The notes: generated by a model from the letters alone, not told the origin. Shown: positions 10,411-20,988, counted from the first letter of the stretch. The stretch: 64,000 nt of DNA from a bacterium (GCA_963662285.2 CAXXMV010000001.1:416001-480000); one strand, 5' to 3'. Numbers and translations: made by a program.

Positions 10411-11269
10411 GCTCGACGCGGTCTTCCAGTTCAGCATTTAATATTTCTAAATTCTTTGAGGTTATTGCAGATTTTAATGAAACATAAATTGAAAGCGACA
10501 CAAATAAAAATATAAAAGAAAAATCATGAATAAATACTGTATCTTCAACAATAACAAACATGCTATTGATTTCTACAATAAAAATCGGGATTATCCCAAT
10601 AATAAAAATATATATTCCCTCGATTTTTTGACGAATTGCATTGATCAAACACCTGATACCTTCAAAACCAATTAAACACAAAAAGATGGAATGAATATAA
10701 GTATCAAAAATAGCAAAATATTCTAAATATTCGTTTGGCGTAATAAAACACAATAAACAATATACTATAACAAATAATAGCAAATACAAAAATTGCCGAG
10801 GCATTCTATTTGATGTTAAGTAATAGCAAAACAGTAACCCCAACAATAAAGACAGATCAGAAAAAAAAGCAATAATGATTGAAAAATCTGAATAGTCACT
10901 CACATACATTTCCATATAGAATTTCAAATAATATAATATTGCAATGCTCAACATAAAGATGGAAAAGACTAAGTTTTGAGTTTGCTTAGGATAAAAAACA
11001 TACGTAAATAAATGTATTATAAAAAACACGAATGGAATTATTGTTGATGTGGGTATGTTCAATAAACTGTATGCCTCATCTGTATTGAGATTAATTTTAT
11101 TGACCTCAACGCGACCGGGTATTTTATGTACGCCTAATTGTGGAGCAAATTCCGATTCAAAACCAAAATAAGCCGTAGCATCAAAAACCCCCAGATCGGA
11201 ACTCTGCTGAGACCACGAACAAATACAGATTAAATGTAATAGAAGAATTATAAAAAGCGAGATTCTCAT
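9590..11269 (-). CDS. Membrane sensor histidine kinase (7TM region, HisKA, HATPase_c) with very short ectodomain
   Basis: QSEKMASLGQLVAGVAHEINNP H-box, N-box NILSNAVDA, DDGKGI, FFTTK..GQGTGLGL; about seven hydrophobic helices. Confidence 0.92.
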   Translation of the reverse strand: MRISLFIILLLHLICICSWSQQSSDLGVFDATAYFGFESEFAPQLGVHKIPGRVEVNKINLNTDEAYSLLNIPTSTIIPFVFFIIHLFTYVFYPKQTQNLVFSIFMLSIAILYYLKFYMEMYVSDYSDFSIIIAFFSDLSLLLGLLFCYYLTSNRMPRQFLYLLLFVIVYCLLCFITPNEYLEYFAIFDTYIHSIFLCLIGFEGIRCLINAIRQKIEGIYIFIIGIIPIFIVEINSMFVIVEDTVFIHDFSFIFLFVSLSIYVSLKSAITSKNLEILNAELEDRVEQRTAELKTTQDKLIQSEKMASLGQLVAGVAHEINNPITFIKSNIEPLKSYLEGYKRLFVALGKNVDSMSTELRNDYTSIQKEEDLEFAQKDSERLLKSFEDGSNRISKIVNDLRQYIQVDANYQSLYDIHEAIDSCVDLLQSRMDDRIIVHKSFGDIPSITCSPGQINQVFMNILSNAVDAIKEKGNIWISTQREANNVVIQIRDDGKGIPEDIKTKIYDPFFTTKLVGQGTGLGLSIAHSIVEQHRGDITVKSEMGIGTKFYLILPINNQTE

Positions 11270-11325
11270 GATTACTGACCTTCCTCAATACTATTCACAC
11301 AAATGCGTTTTTTGAGACGACTAGA

Positions 11326-12157
11326 TAAATATAAGATCACTCAGTTTGATTATTTATTGGTAGAATCAGATTAAACTTCGTTCCTATACCCATTTCACTT
11401 TCTACGGTGATATCGCCCCTATGCTGTTCTACGATGCTATGAGCGATGGATAGTCCAAGTCCGGTTCCTTGACCTACAAGCTTTGTTGTAAAGAATGGGT
11501 CGTAAATTTTAGTTTTGATATCCTCAGGGATTCCCTTTCCATCATCCCTGATTTGGATGACAACATTATTCGCTTCCCGTTGCGTCGAAATCCAAATATT
11601 TCCTTTCTCTTTAATCGCGTCGACTGCGTTGGAAAGGATATTCATGAAGACTTGATTGATTTGACCTGGGGAGCAGGTTATTGACGGAATATCTCCGAAT
11701 GATTTGTGTACAATGATTCGATCATCCATTCTGGATTGGAGAAGATCGACACACGAATCGATAGCTTCGTGGATATCGTACAAGGACTGATAATTGGCAT
11801 CGACCTGGATATATTGACGAAGATCGTTGACGATCTTCGATATTCTATTGGAGCCATCTTCGAATGACTTCAACAATCGTTCGCTGTCCTCCTGCGCGAA
11901 AGCCAAATCTTCCTCTTTATGAATCGTGGTATAGTCGTTGCGCAGTTCTGCGGACATGGTGTCGACGTTCTTCCCCAAGGCGACAAAAAGCCGCTTGTAA
12001 CCTTCCAAATAGGATTTCAGCGGTTCGATATTAGATTTTATAAACGTAATAGGATTGTTGATCTCATGCGCAACACCCGCCACGAGCTGGCCTAAAGAAG
12101 CCATTTTTTCGGATTGGATAAGTTTGTCTTGAGTGGCTTTTAATTGCTCCGTGCGCT
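11326..12157. repeat. ~830-bp direct repeat, copy 2 (kinase module)
   Basis: Near-identical to 9579-10410. Confidence 0.9.
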
Positions 12158-13913
12158 GTATCACACGTAGTTCGAGATTCTCATTCAGAGATTCCAAGTT
12201 TGTTCTCGTTTTAGCATAGCGATACGCAAGAAACATAGATAAAAACAAAAACCCAAGCATAAAAAATGAATAATGAAAGTACTGATATGTCCAATATGTA
12301 TAACGCTCAAGAAATCCAAAATAGCAATCCAGTGACACAATAAATAATGGAATAGAAAATACAAAAGCCGCCAAAAGTAAAAATACTATACCTTCCACTT
12401 TTTTTACTATCGCCAGCCGAGTCATTCGAAACAATTCAATTGCAACAGCAATTTTGAAAAAATGATCTAGCACAATCATAAATAATGGTGGATTCCAAAA
12501 CAAATAGGAATAACAATAATAAATAAAAATATCAACAATCCGATAAAAACAACCATAAATCACTAATCCCCAAAAAACTTTTGGAGTTGATACATTTAAT
12601 ATACTATAAGAAAATAATAACACAAAAAACATGATTAAATACCATGCCCATACACAAGTAAACGTAAAATATATTTCTTTTTCTAAATCACAATTCACAC
12701 TTTCAAAATTACAAAAAGTTACAATAGAAATTAACAATAATCCCAGAGCCCAATATAAATTTTCACTTTTCTTTTTATTAAACAAATAAAGAAAAAAATG
12801 GACAATAAAGAGCAGAAATGGAAACGCAGAACACACATCACCAAATCTCGTAAACGGAATCAATTCATCTAATGATAACCAACTCTTTAATATGCGATAC
12901 TCTCCACCTATCTCTTCTTCATTCAGGAAACCACGAAAAGTAATCCATCGCTTCGGATTAGATGGAGCCAACATGTTATACGAAAGAAGCGTATCTCCTG
13001 GTTTAAAAGTCTTGCTCCAAGATATTGTAGAATCTCTAACAATACCATTATGAGAAATTTCAAGCGGGCTCCATTCTTGGGGAATCCTTTCCTGTATACA
13101 CATATCATGATCGAATGGATTTGGATTAAAAACTTTAATAAAAACATTCACAAAATTATTTGGAACAAAAGTATGTTCTCTAAATAGTCGAAGCGCGTGA
13201 GGTGGCGGGTAAGCAAACTTAACTTTACTAACTTTTATCTCAAAAGGTTTGGTATTTTTAGAATCATTGTTCATAAAAATGCCAAATCCAACATCTCCAT
13301 TCAGAGACATGCCACTCGTCCAAGCGTATTCCCAGTTGAGACCATCGTTAGATATATAACATTCCATATAGTTTGACGAAGTGTATCTTAAAATGCGTAA
13401 ATATATACCATCCGTATAATCAGATGCATAATTAAGTAGTTTGGATGGAAAAGGATGGTTGATCAAATCTCTTTTTTCATTGTTATTAAATCGACATTGA
13501 ACAATATGTCTTAATTGATTATTTTCTTTTTTTTGAACAAAATGACCAAAATACCTTGAACTATTGGATTCGGGATTTTCTCTAACCATTAACCCAAATT
13601 TATACTCTACACTGTCAGTGTCTACGAATTGAAAACGAGCGCTGAATTCCCGGGATCCTTTCTTTTTAGCGTAAAGATATAAACCATCGTCAGTACGATG
13701 ATCTACAGTATCTTTTCCCCAACCACTAATATTGTAAATAAATCCATCTTCTGATTTAACAATGCTAACATCTCCACCAGCATTTGAAGATATGATTTCT
13801 TCGGAATGGAATATTGCAGTCGCATCAAAAATACCCAGATCGGATATCTGTTGAGACCACGAACAAAGACAGAGTAACTGAATAAAAAGGAAAAGTAGAA
13901 GCGAGATTCTCAT
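11337..13913 (-). CDS. Membrane sensor histidine kinase with large extracellular beta-rich domains, 7TM region and kinase
   Basis: Same kinase module as 9590-11269; start placed at MRISLL (13913) by alignment with the paralogue's signal peptide (ORF track starts at 13943). Confidence 0.92.
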   Translation of the reverse strand: MRISLLLFLFIQLLCLCSWSQQISDLGIFDATAIFHSEEIISSNAGGDVSIVKSEDGFIYNISGWGKDTVDHRTDDGLYLYAKKKGSREFSARFQFVDTDSVEYKFGLMVRENPESNSSRYFGHFVQKKENNQLRHIVQCRFNNNEKRDLINHPFPSKLLNYASDYTDGIYLRILRYTSSNYMECYISNDGLNWEYAWTSGMSLNGDVGFGIFMNNDSKNTKPFEIKVSKVKFAYPPPHALRLFREHTFVPNNFVNVFIKVFNPNPFDHDMCIQERIPQEWSPLEISHNGIVRDSTISWSKTFKPGDTLLSYNMLAPSNPKRWITFRGFLNEEEIGGEYRILKSWLSLDELIPFTRFGDVCSAFPFLLFIVHFFLYLFNKKKSENLYWALGLLLISIVTFCNFESVNCDLEKEIYFTFTCVWAWYLIMFFVLLFSYSILNVSTPKVFWGLVIYGCFYRIVDIFIYYCYSYLFWNPPLFMIVLDHFFKIAVAIELFRMTRLAIVKKVEGIVFLLLAAFVFSIPLFIVSLDCYFGFLERYTYWTYQYFHYSFFMLGFLFLSMFLAYRYAKTRTNLESLNENLELRVIQRTEQLKATQDKLIQSEKMASLGQLVAGVAHEINNPITFIKSNIEPLKSYLEGYKRLFVALGKNVDTMSAELRNDYTTIHKEEDLAFAQEDSERLLKSFEDGSNRISKIVNDLRQYIQVDANYQSLYDIHEAIDSCVDLLQSRMDDRIIVHKSFGDIPSITCSPGQINQVFMNILSNAVDAIKEKGNIWISTQREANNVVIQIRDDGKGIPEDIKTKIYDPFFTTKLVGQGTGLGLSIAHSIVEQHRGDITVESEMGIGTKFNLILPINNQTE

Positions 13914-13996
13914 GATCACCATCCTTAAGAATGATTTCATCAAAATAATTCGATAGTAAAAAACTTTCCGATGCCCTTATTGTGCCAGTATATCAA

Positions 13997-15721
13997 CTAT
14001 TGCTTATTATTCTTCAACAATTCCCGCGCATAGCGTTTTGATGCGGCAATATCATCCCCGCCCAACATGCGCGCCAGTTCATCCTCGCGCTCCTGGCCTT
14101 CGAGGACGGTTACGGTGCTGGATAGTCGGCCTTTGGTTTGTTTTTTATCCACCCGCAGGTTGCGGTCGGCCCGTGATGCAATCTGGGGAAGGTGGGTGAT
14201 GCATAGAACCTGCTTGTCGGAACTTAATGCGCCCAGTCGTTCAGCGATGGCGTCAGCCGTGCGGCCTCCGACGCCTACGTCGATCTCATCAAACACCATC
14301 AATGGAACCGAATCGGCCCGACCGAAGACGCACTTTATCGCCAGCATGATGCGTGAAATTTCTCCCCCGGAAGCCACATCTTTCAGCGGCCTGGGAGGTC
14401 GGTCGGGAATGGTGCTGATCAGGAACTCTACCTCATCGGCGCCCTCAGGACCAAAAGCCACTGGACGTTCTTCACCTATATCAATCCCGGATGATAAGCA
14501 GCGGTAGTTGACCTGAATCTCGAATCGCGCCGTATCCATACCGAGAGGCTTCATCTCCGCCTCGATTTTTTTGGCGATCTTGCGGGCTGTGGCGCCGCGT
14601 TTTTGATGCAATTGCCCACTCTGTTCTATCAAGCGCGTGCGGATAGTCTCTTCTTCATGGCGCAGTTCTTCACGCTCCTGATCAAGATGCTCGATGCGAT
14701 CCAGTTCTTCCTTGCTGCGGTTACGGAATTCAATGATATCAGCAATGCTGGCGCCATATTTATTCTTAAGCCCTTTAATCAGAAAACGCCTTTCCTGAAG
14801 CCGGTCAAGTTCATCCGGATCGAATTCCAACGACAGATTAAGCGATTCAAAATCACGCGCCGCTTCGCGTAGAGTGATAGCGGCTGACTGCCAATTCTCC
14901 AGAATCGGCTTAACGCTGCCATCCAACTCTGCAATATGAGCGATCAGCGATTCCATACGATCCAACTCATCCAACAGAGCCGCCCGGTGATCATCGTTCT
15001 CGTTTAATCCCTGGAGAATATCGTTGCACCATTGATGCAGTTTTTCTGAATGTTGAATAATTTTCAGACGGTTGCCAATCTCCTCGTCTTCGTTATCCAG
15101 CAGTTCGGCTTTGTCGATCTCTTCAACCTGGAAGCGCAGGATATCTTCTCGCCGCAAGCGCTCGCGCTCATCTTCATCCAGCGACTTGAGCCGTTCGATA
15201 ACATCTTTCCATGATTTATACGTCTCACGGTATTTAAGAAGTAGATCATCATAAGAACCAAAGCGATCCAACAATGGACGGTAACTATTTTTCTGCAAGA
15301 GCGACTGATGTTCGTGCTGACCGTGAAGATCCATCAGCAACTCGCCTAAACTTTTCAGCACCTTCAACAGACACAGCGAGTTATTAAGAAAAATCCGGTT
15401 GCGCCCATTGGGCGACAGAGTCCGCTTGATAAGCAGGTTGCCGTCTTCCCACTCCACGCCAGCCTCTTCCAACAGTTCTTGCATGGCTTGGGTCTGGGCA
15501 TGACCCGATGGGATATCAAACTCCGCTTCGACCGACGCTTCCCGCCCGGCGTCACGTGCGCTATCCGCCGAACCGCGTTCGCCCACCAGCAGCCCCAGCG
15601 CCCCGGCCAGGATAGACTTACCCGCCCCGGTCTCGCCAGTCAATACGTTCAACCCCGGATGAAACTCAATCCGGCAATCATCGATCAACACGAAATTTTT
15701 AATGTGAAGAGAAACTAACAT
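13997..15721 (-). CDS. recN: DNA repair protein RecN
   Basis: LTGETGAGKS Walker A, HGQHEHQ, ASGGEISR, FDEIDVGVGG, CITHLPQIA. Confidence 0.97.
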   Translation of the reverse strand: MLVSLHIKNFVLIDDCRIEFHPGLNVLTGETGAGKSILAGALGLLVGERGSADSARDAGREASVEAEFDIPSGHAQTQAMQELLEEAGVEWEDGNLLIKRTLSPNGRNRIFLNNSLCLLKVLKSLGELLMDLHGQHEHQSLLQKNSYRPLLDRFGSYDDLLLKYRETYKSWKDVIERLKSLDEDERERLRREDILRFQVEEIDKAELLDNEDEEIGNRLKIIQHSEKLHQWCNDILQGLNENDDHRAALLDELDRMESLIAHIAELDGSVKPILENWQSAAITLREAARDFESLNLSLEFDPDELDRLQERRFLIKGLKNKYGASIADIIEFRNRSKEELDRIEHLDQEREELRHEEETIRTRLIEQSGQLHQKRGATARKIAKKIEAEMKPLGMDTARFEIQVNYRCLSSGIDIGEERPVAFGPEGADEVEFLISTIPDRPPRPLKDVASGGEISRIMLAIKCVFGRADSVPLMVFDEIDVGVGGRTADAIAERLGALSSDKQVLCITHLPQIASRADRNLRVDKKQTKGRLSSTVTVLEGQEREDELARMLGGDDIAASKRYARELLKNNKQ

Positions 15722-15752
15722 AGGTTTTTCAGTATCGCTCTATATGAAATCG

Positions 15753-17066
15753 TTATTTCAAAGAATCAATTTCCACCACATATATCATAGTAGGCTCTTT
15801 GGGATTCTCCGGCTTGCGGTCTCGGTTTGGTTTATCCACTTGCTGCTGCATGTAATGTTTCTGGCCTTTGGGCAGCGGGCCGATATTGGCAGCGCGAATA
15901 TCAGACAGCCCTAAGCCGGATTGCGCAACCTTCTGATAGGCGAATTGTTCCGCTTTCATTTTAAGCAGTTCATCTCTTGATATGGCCAACTCCTCATTTC
16001 CTTCGCGTATATGAATTTTCCCGCCGCTCCATGATACTCTGGGAATTGGTGGATATTCAGGGATGGTTCCCCGGCCTTCGAACCAGAACTTTTTGTTTAG
16101 ATTGCTGACCTGGACGATTTTCCATTGACCATCTTGAGGCGTGGCGACATACATCTGGTTGAATCCATTCTTATCAAAGCGGGTATAGCCGATATGGGGA
16201 TTGCCCGATTCATCAATAGCCTGCGAACCGCCGTTCATCAACCCCGCGCGCTGGGGGATGTCATCCACAACCTCGGCATTTTCAGGGCGGATGGGTAGAT
16301 CATACTTGGTTCCATCCCAGCGCAGCCAGGTATGTCCTCCATCCAGGCTTTTGGCGTAGCATATATCATGGTTAGTTACAACATCGGGAGTCTCGCGCCA
16401 GCACCACGCGATGTGCAACACGCCATTAGCGTCTTCCTGGATGCCGCCAAAAGGATAGGCGTTGCAGGTCGGATTATGCTCCATACCGCTGATGAAGGCG
16501 TCGCCGGTTCCTGTCCAGGTTTGGTCTTCTTCGTTGTAATGCACCAGGATGCGCTTGCCGTTGCCGCTGCCCCCATGCCGGTACATCATGTGCAGCGATC
16601 CATCGCGGCGAACCAACAGGTTGGGATAAGTCACGCGGTTTTCATTCTTGCCGCTCCATTTATGGATAGCGTCGAAGACCTCAATATCACGAGGTTTCCT
16701 GCTGCGGTAGTATTTCAATGATACGCAGTGCATGTTGCCGGTAACATGAATGAATCCCTCGCGATCCAGGAACATCAATATTTTGTTGTGAGTATCCCAG
16801 CCAACTTTTTCGGGCAGTTTAGTAAACCGCCAATTGGTTTCGCTCAATTTGCGCTGAGCCACCGTCATCTGGTGCTCTGCATCATAATAAGCCAGGTATT
16901 GATACTCTCCATCAGAAACCAGACAACGCCCGCCATTAACCGGATGAGAAGCCAAACCTTTGGCGACGGGAATTTTGTTTATTGTTTCAGCATTCGATGA
17001 ATATGTAGATAGGATTATGCACAAGCAAATCGTCAACTGCGTTATCCGATGAAATAGTGGTTTCAT
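15753..17066 (-). CDS. Secreted BNR/Asp-box repeat beta-propeller protein (BNR_4-like)
   Basis: Signal peptide; WDTHN, GNMH, TYP, YRHGGSGNG, NHDICYAKSLDGGHTW (Asp-box). Confidence 0.85.
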   Translation of the reverse strand: MKPLFHRITQLTICLCIILSTYSSNAETINKIPVAKGLASHPVNGGRCLVSDGEYQYLAYYDAEHQMTVAQRKLSETNWRFTKLPEKVGWDTHNKILMFLDREGFIHVTGNMHCVSLKYYRSRKPRDIEVFDAIHKWSGKNENRVTYPNLLVRRDGSLHMMYRHGGSGNGKRILVHYNEEDQTWTGTGDAFISGMEHNPTCNAYPFGGIQEDANGVLHIAWCWRETPDVVTNHDICYAKSLDGGHTWLRWDGTKYDLPIRPENAEVVDDIPQRAGLMNGGSQAIDESGNPHIGYTRFDKNGFNQMYVATPQDGQWKIVQVSNLNKKFWFEGRGTIPEYPPIPRVSWSGGKIHIREGNEELAISRDELLKMKAEQFAYQKVAQSGLGLSDIRAANIGPLPKGQKHYMQQQVDKPNRDRKPENPKEPTMIYVVEIDSLK

Positions 17067-17107
17067 GATTCTTCCCCCTAATTTATTATACCGATCTTCA
17101 AATAACC

Positions 17108-17134
17108 GTAGGGGTAATCCCTTGTGGTTACCCG
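17108..17134 (+). repeat. GTAG-type REP-like palindrome
   Basis: GTAG GGGTAATC ccttgt GGTTACCC, the RAYT-associated REP layout. Confidence 0.6.
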
Positions 17135-17200
17135 ATTATAAATCCTCTTTGGCTTTTGCAATTTCTCAGGCCGCCGTACATATCGGGCGCCCATGAAAGA

Positions 17201-17287
17201 CAATGTCATTAAGTTAAGTAATTTCACCCTATCGTTGGTGGCTTGATCAAGGGCTGAGCGCAATGCGCTCTTGCCCTTGGCACCCAT
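17201..17287 (-). repeat. 87-bp dispersed repeat (copy at 27882-27968) carrying a GGGYGCCAAGGG-family hairpin
   Basis: CAATGTCATTAAGTTAAG...CAAGGGCTGAGCGCAATGCGCTCTTGCCCTTGGCACCCAT, near-identical to 27882-27968. Confidence 0.85.
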
Positions 17288-17343
17288 ATTAACATAGGTG
17301 AATTAAATTCCCCCTAGCCCTTGGCGGGAGAGGGAACAAAACC

Positions 17344-17380
17344 AAAAAACCGGGGTACTTCATAGGAAGCGCCCCGGTTT
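17344..17380 (-). terminator. Rho-independent terminator of the ilv operon
   Basis: Minus strand AAACCGGGGCGCTTC-ctat-GAAGTACCCCGGTTTTTT, 43 nt after the ilvC stop. Confidence 0.8.
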
Positions 17381-17422
17381 GATAGGTGACAGTATTAATA
17401 TTCGCAATAACGCGAATATATC

Positions 17423-18415
17423 TTATTTCTTGTTGAGCCAAGGCATCAAAGCGCGTAGTTCTTTGCCTACAACTTCGACGGAATGGTTTTTGTCTTTGTT
17501 CTGTAATGCGTTGAAAACAGGTTTGTTGGCCTGATTTTCGAGAATCCATTCACGGGCGAATTCGCCGCTCTGGATTTCGGATAATATCTGGCGCATTTCA
17601 TCTTTGGTATCTTCGGTGATGATGCGCGGGCCGCGGGTCAAATCGCCGTATTCGGCTGTATCAGAGATGCTGTAGCGCATTCCGGCAACGCCGTTCTCAT
17701 AGATCAGGTCGATGATCAGTTTAAGTTCATGGACGCATTCGAAATAAGCCATTTCCGGCTGATATCCTGCTTCAACTAGTACTTCGTATCCAGCTTTGAG
17801 CAACGAAGTCAAACCACCGCAAAGTACAACCTGCTCGCCGAAAAGGTCTGTTTCAGTTTCTTCGGGGAAAGTGGTTTCGATAACGCCGGAACGGGTTCCG
17901 CCAGTTCCTTTAGCATAAGCCAGAGCGTTCTCTTTGGCTTTGCCGGAAGCATCCTGATGAACGGCGATCAGCATCGGAACTCCGCCGCCTTCAGTATATG
18001 TACGACGAACCAGATGTCCCGGTCCTTTAGGAGCAACCATGATGACGTCGACGTCAGCCGGGGCAACGATCTGTCCGAAATGAATATTGAAGCCATGAGC
18101 AAAAAGAAGCGTTTTGCCGGCTTTCATTTGAGCGGCGACTTCGTTTTTGTAAACGATAGCCTGAGTCTGATCGGGAACCGTCATGGTGATAATGTCGCCC
18201 TGTTTGGCTGCTTCAGCAGCGGTGAGGACCTCGAAACCATCAGCTTTGGCTTGATCGTAATTGGGGCCTGGCACATCGGCGACCACAACTTTTACGCCGC
18301 TGTCACGCAGGTTCTGCGCATGAGCGTGTCCCTGGCTTCCATAACCGATGATAGCAATAGTTTTGCCTTTCAGCAGATCGAGATTCGCGTCTTTGTCATA
18401 ATACATCTGAACCAT
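17423..18415 (-). CDS. ilvC: Ketol-acid reductoisomerase
   Basis: [47 protein letters not shown]. Confidence 0.98.
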   Translation of the reverse strand: MVQMYYDKDANLDLLKGKTIAIIGYGSQGHAHAQNLRDSGVKVVVADVPGPNYDQAKADGFEVLTAAEAAKQGDIITMTVPDQTQAIVYKNEVAAQMKAGKTLLFAHGFNIHFGQIVAPADVDVIMVAPKGPGHLVRRTYTEGGGVPMLIAVHQDASGKAKENALAYAKGTGGTRSGVIETTFPEETETDLFGEQVVLCGGLTSLLKAGYEVLVEAGYQPEMAYFECVHELKLIIDLIYENGVAGMRYSISDTAEYGDLTRGPRIITEDTKDEMRQILSEIQSGEFAREWILENQANKPVFNALQNKDKNHSVEVVGKELRALMPWLNKK

Positions 18416-18552
18416 CTTTTTGTTCTCCTTCTATTTGGAAATGTTTTTTATTTAAGAATAAAAAAAATTACGCCCGGAAAAGATAATACCGCGCATCCAG
18501 GCGGCTGCCAAGAAGCAGAGAGCATCCACTTTCAGGCAATAAGTAATTTGAC

Positions 18553-19059
18553 CTATTCAACTTTACCCCGCGCCATAGCGACATGCCCCCCGCGAGCCAC
18601 TTCGAGAACGCCGTAAGGTTCGAGCATTTTGAGCAGGGCGGCTATTTTTCCTTCGCTGCCGGTGGCTTCGATCATAATGGAAGCATTGCAGACATCAGAA
18701 ATCCGGGCGCGGAAGATATTAACGATTTCCATAATCTCAGAACGCTGCGCTGCATTGGCTTTGATCTTGCAGATACAGAGTTCGCGATCAACGATGTCGC
18801 GCGCTTCCATCGAGAAATCATGTACTTCATGGACATCAATCAGTTTACCCAGTTGCTTGCGAACCTGATCGAGAATCTTGTCATCGCCGGGAACCACAAT
18901 AGTCATACGCGAGACTTTAATATCTTCGGTCTGCGCTACTGACAAACTATCAATATTGAATCCCCGCGCTGAGAATAAACTCGCAACACGGGCCAACACG
19001 CCTGAACGATTTTCAACTAACACATAGAAAATATGACGCCGCATAGTATTTTCTTTCAT
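18553..19059 (-). CDS. ilvN: Acetolactate synthase small (regulatory) subunit
   Basis: VENRSGVLARVASLFSARGFNIDSLSV ACT domain; lies between ilvB and ilvC. Confidence 0.95.
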   Translation of the reverse strand: MKENTMRRHIFYVLVENRSGVLARVASLFSARGFNIDSLSVAQTEDIKVSRMTIVVPGDDKILDQVRKQLGKLIDVHEVHDFSMEARDIVDRELCICKIKANAAQRSEIMEIVNIFRARISDVCNASIMIEATGSEGKIAALLKMLEPYGVLEVARGGHVAMARGKVE

Positions 19060-20888
19060 TATGCCATTCCCTCCAACATCTGACTTAGTGAGGCGCCAGC
19101 GGGAACCATGGGATACACGTTCTCTTCACGGGCCACCCATACTTCGAGGATCGCAAAACCTTCCGATTGAAAGCATTCGATCATGGCGTCCTTCAAATCG
19201 TCTTTTTTGGTTACTCTGCGCCCCCAACAATTATAGGCGCCAGCCAGTTTTTCATAGTTAGGCAGATATTCGGAATTCCGCCAGTCCGCCGCATTGGTTT
19301 CAGCAGCCTTGCAGCCCGGTTGCGGTTTGGATGTCAGGGTGGATGAGTAGTTCTTGTCATAGAACATATCCTGCCACTGCCGAACCATGCCTAACCAACC
19401 ATTGTTCAAAACAACCACCTTAACCGGGAGATTATTGTACGCGGCGGTGGCAATTTCCTGGATATTCATCTGCAACGACGCATCTCCGGCGATAGTGATA
19501 ACCTGTCGTTTAGGAAATGCTTTCTGCGCTCCTATCGCGGCGGGTAGACCAAATCCCATTGTTCCCAGCCCGCCAGAGGTTAACCAGGCGTATGGTTGGG
19601 TAAAGGTATAATATTGAGCAGCCCACATCTGATGCTGACCAACTTCGGTGGAGATAATAGCGTCATCATCCGAGAGTTCATTGATAGTTTCGATCACAAA
19701 TTGAGGCCTGATAAGGTCGCTATCATCATCGCCGTTATAGCGTAGTGGATTCTCTTTTTTCCATAATTGGACGTCTTTCACCCAATCAGCGGTATCGCAT
19801 TTTTTGGCCAGTTTAAGAAGATCATTGAGAATATGTTTGGCATCGCCCACCAGATCGACGTCAACTTCCACGTTTTTGCTGATCGAGGAAGGATCGATAT
19901 CCATATGAATAATCTTGGCGTTTGGGGCGAATTCGCTGATCTTACCCGTGACGCGGTCGTCAAAACGGGAACCAGCAGCGATCAGGCAGTCGCAATTCTG
20001 AACCGCCATATTCGCATATACGGTTCCATGCATACCCAGCATCAACAACGCCAGGGGATGATCTTCTGGAAAACAACCCAACCCCATCAGCGTGGTAGTA
20101 ACAGGGATATTGCACCTGGTGGCGAACTCATAAAGTTCATCCGCCGCCTGTGCGTTAAGGATGCCCCCGCCAGCATAGATCAAAGGCTTTTTGGAGGATT
20201 TAATCAGTTCCCAGGCTTTTTTGATGTTTTCTTTATCGGCGTTAACCTGCACGTGATATCCCGGCAGATCCGGTTCATCAGGATAAACATAATTCTCCAG
20301 AGTGGCTTTCTGGATATCCTTGGGAATATCGACCAGCACTGGTCCGGGACGTCCTGTCCGGGCGATATGAAACGCATTCTTAAGAATTTGAGGTAGTTCT
20401 TCAACTGATTTAACCAGATAATTATGCTTGGTTACAGATCGCGTGATCCCCACTACATCCGCTTCCTGAAAAGCATCGTTACCGATAAGGGAAGAAGGAA
20501 CCTGGCCGCTGACAACTACTAATGGAGTTGAATCCATCATGGCATCCGCCAATCCGGTAACCGTATTGGTGGCGCCCGGTCCGGAAGTCACGACGCAGAC
20601 GCCAACCTTGCCGGTTGTACGGGCGTAACCTTCACCCATGTGCAGAGCGCCTTGCTCGTGTCGCGTAAGGACGAAATCGAATTTATCCGACTGGTTGATC
20701 TTATCGAAAACATCAATAATAGCCCCGCCCGGATACCCGAATGCGACCTCAACTCCCTCTTGCTCAAAGGCGTCCACTACAATTCCGCACCCCTGCATGC
20801 TGCGCGGCTTCGGCTCGCTGGTCTTCGACTTTTTCTTTTGCGTCTTTTTCTGAGTCTTAACTGAGTTTGGCATTGAACTAACCTCCAT
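19059..20888 (-). CDS. ilvB: Acetolactate synthase large subunit, biosynthetic type
   Basis: FGYPGGA, RHEQGA, TSGPGATN, GQHQMWAAQ, SGGLGTMGFGLPAAIG, GD.S..MN..E TPP motif; true start may be 20873. Confidence 0.97.
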   Translation of the reverse strand: MEVSSMPNSVKTQKKTQKKKSKTSEPKPRSMQGCGIVVDAFEQEGVEVAFGYPGGAIIDVFDKINQSDKFDFVLTRHEQGALHMGEGYARTTGKVGVCVVTSGPGATNTVTGLADAMMDSTPLVVVSGQVPSSLIGNDAFQEADVVGITRSVTKHNYLVKSVEELPQILKNAFHIARTGRPGPVLVDIPKDIQKATLENYVYPDEPDLPGYHVQVNADKENIKKAWELIKSSKKPLIYAGGGILNAQAADELYEFATRCNIPVTTTLMGLGCFPEDHPLALLMLGMHGTVYANMAVQNCDCLIAAGSRFDDRVTGKISEFAPNAKIIHMDIDPSSISKNVEVDVDLVGDAKHILNDLLKLAKKCDTADWVKDVQLWKKENPLRYNGDDDSDLIRPQFVIETINELSDDDAIISTEVGQHQMWAAQYYTFTQPYAWLTSGGLGTMGFGLPAAIGAQKAFPKRQVITIAGDASLQMNIQEIATAAYNNLPVKVVVLNNGWLGMVRQWQDMFYDKNYSSTLTSKPQPGCKAAETNAADWRNSEYLPNYEKLAGAYNCWGRRVTKKDDLKDAMIECFQSEGFAILEVWVAREENVYPMVPAGASLSQMLEGMA

Positions 20889-20949
20889 GACCTCCTACGA
20901 GGATCAACTCTCTTTTAAGAACGTAGAACGGAAGAAAATCCTCAATACG

Positions 20950-20988
20950 AAAAAAGGCCGTGAGCGATTGCCTTCCGCCCACGGCCTT
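20950..20988 (-). terminator. Attenuator terminator of the ilvBNC leader
   Basis: Minus strand AAGGCCGTGGGCG-gaaggcaat-CGCTCACGGCCTTTTTT, between the leader ORF and ilvB. Confidence 0.85.

Noticed and set aside
17078-17287. 69-aa ORF, and the similar ORF at 27870-28112 (MGAKGKSALRSALD...LNLMTL)
   Set aside because: The similarity comes entirely from the 87-bp non-coding repeat; these are spurious translations.
17957-20396. Long plus-strand ORFs (219 aa, 209 aa) opposite ilvC/ilvN/ilvB, and similar shadow ORFs elsewhere
   Set aside because: Antisense shadows of well-supported genes, with no recognisable motifs.
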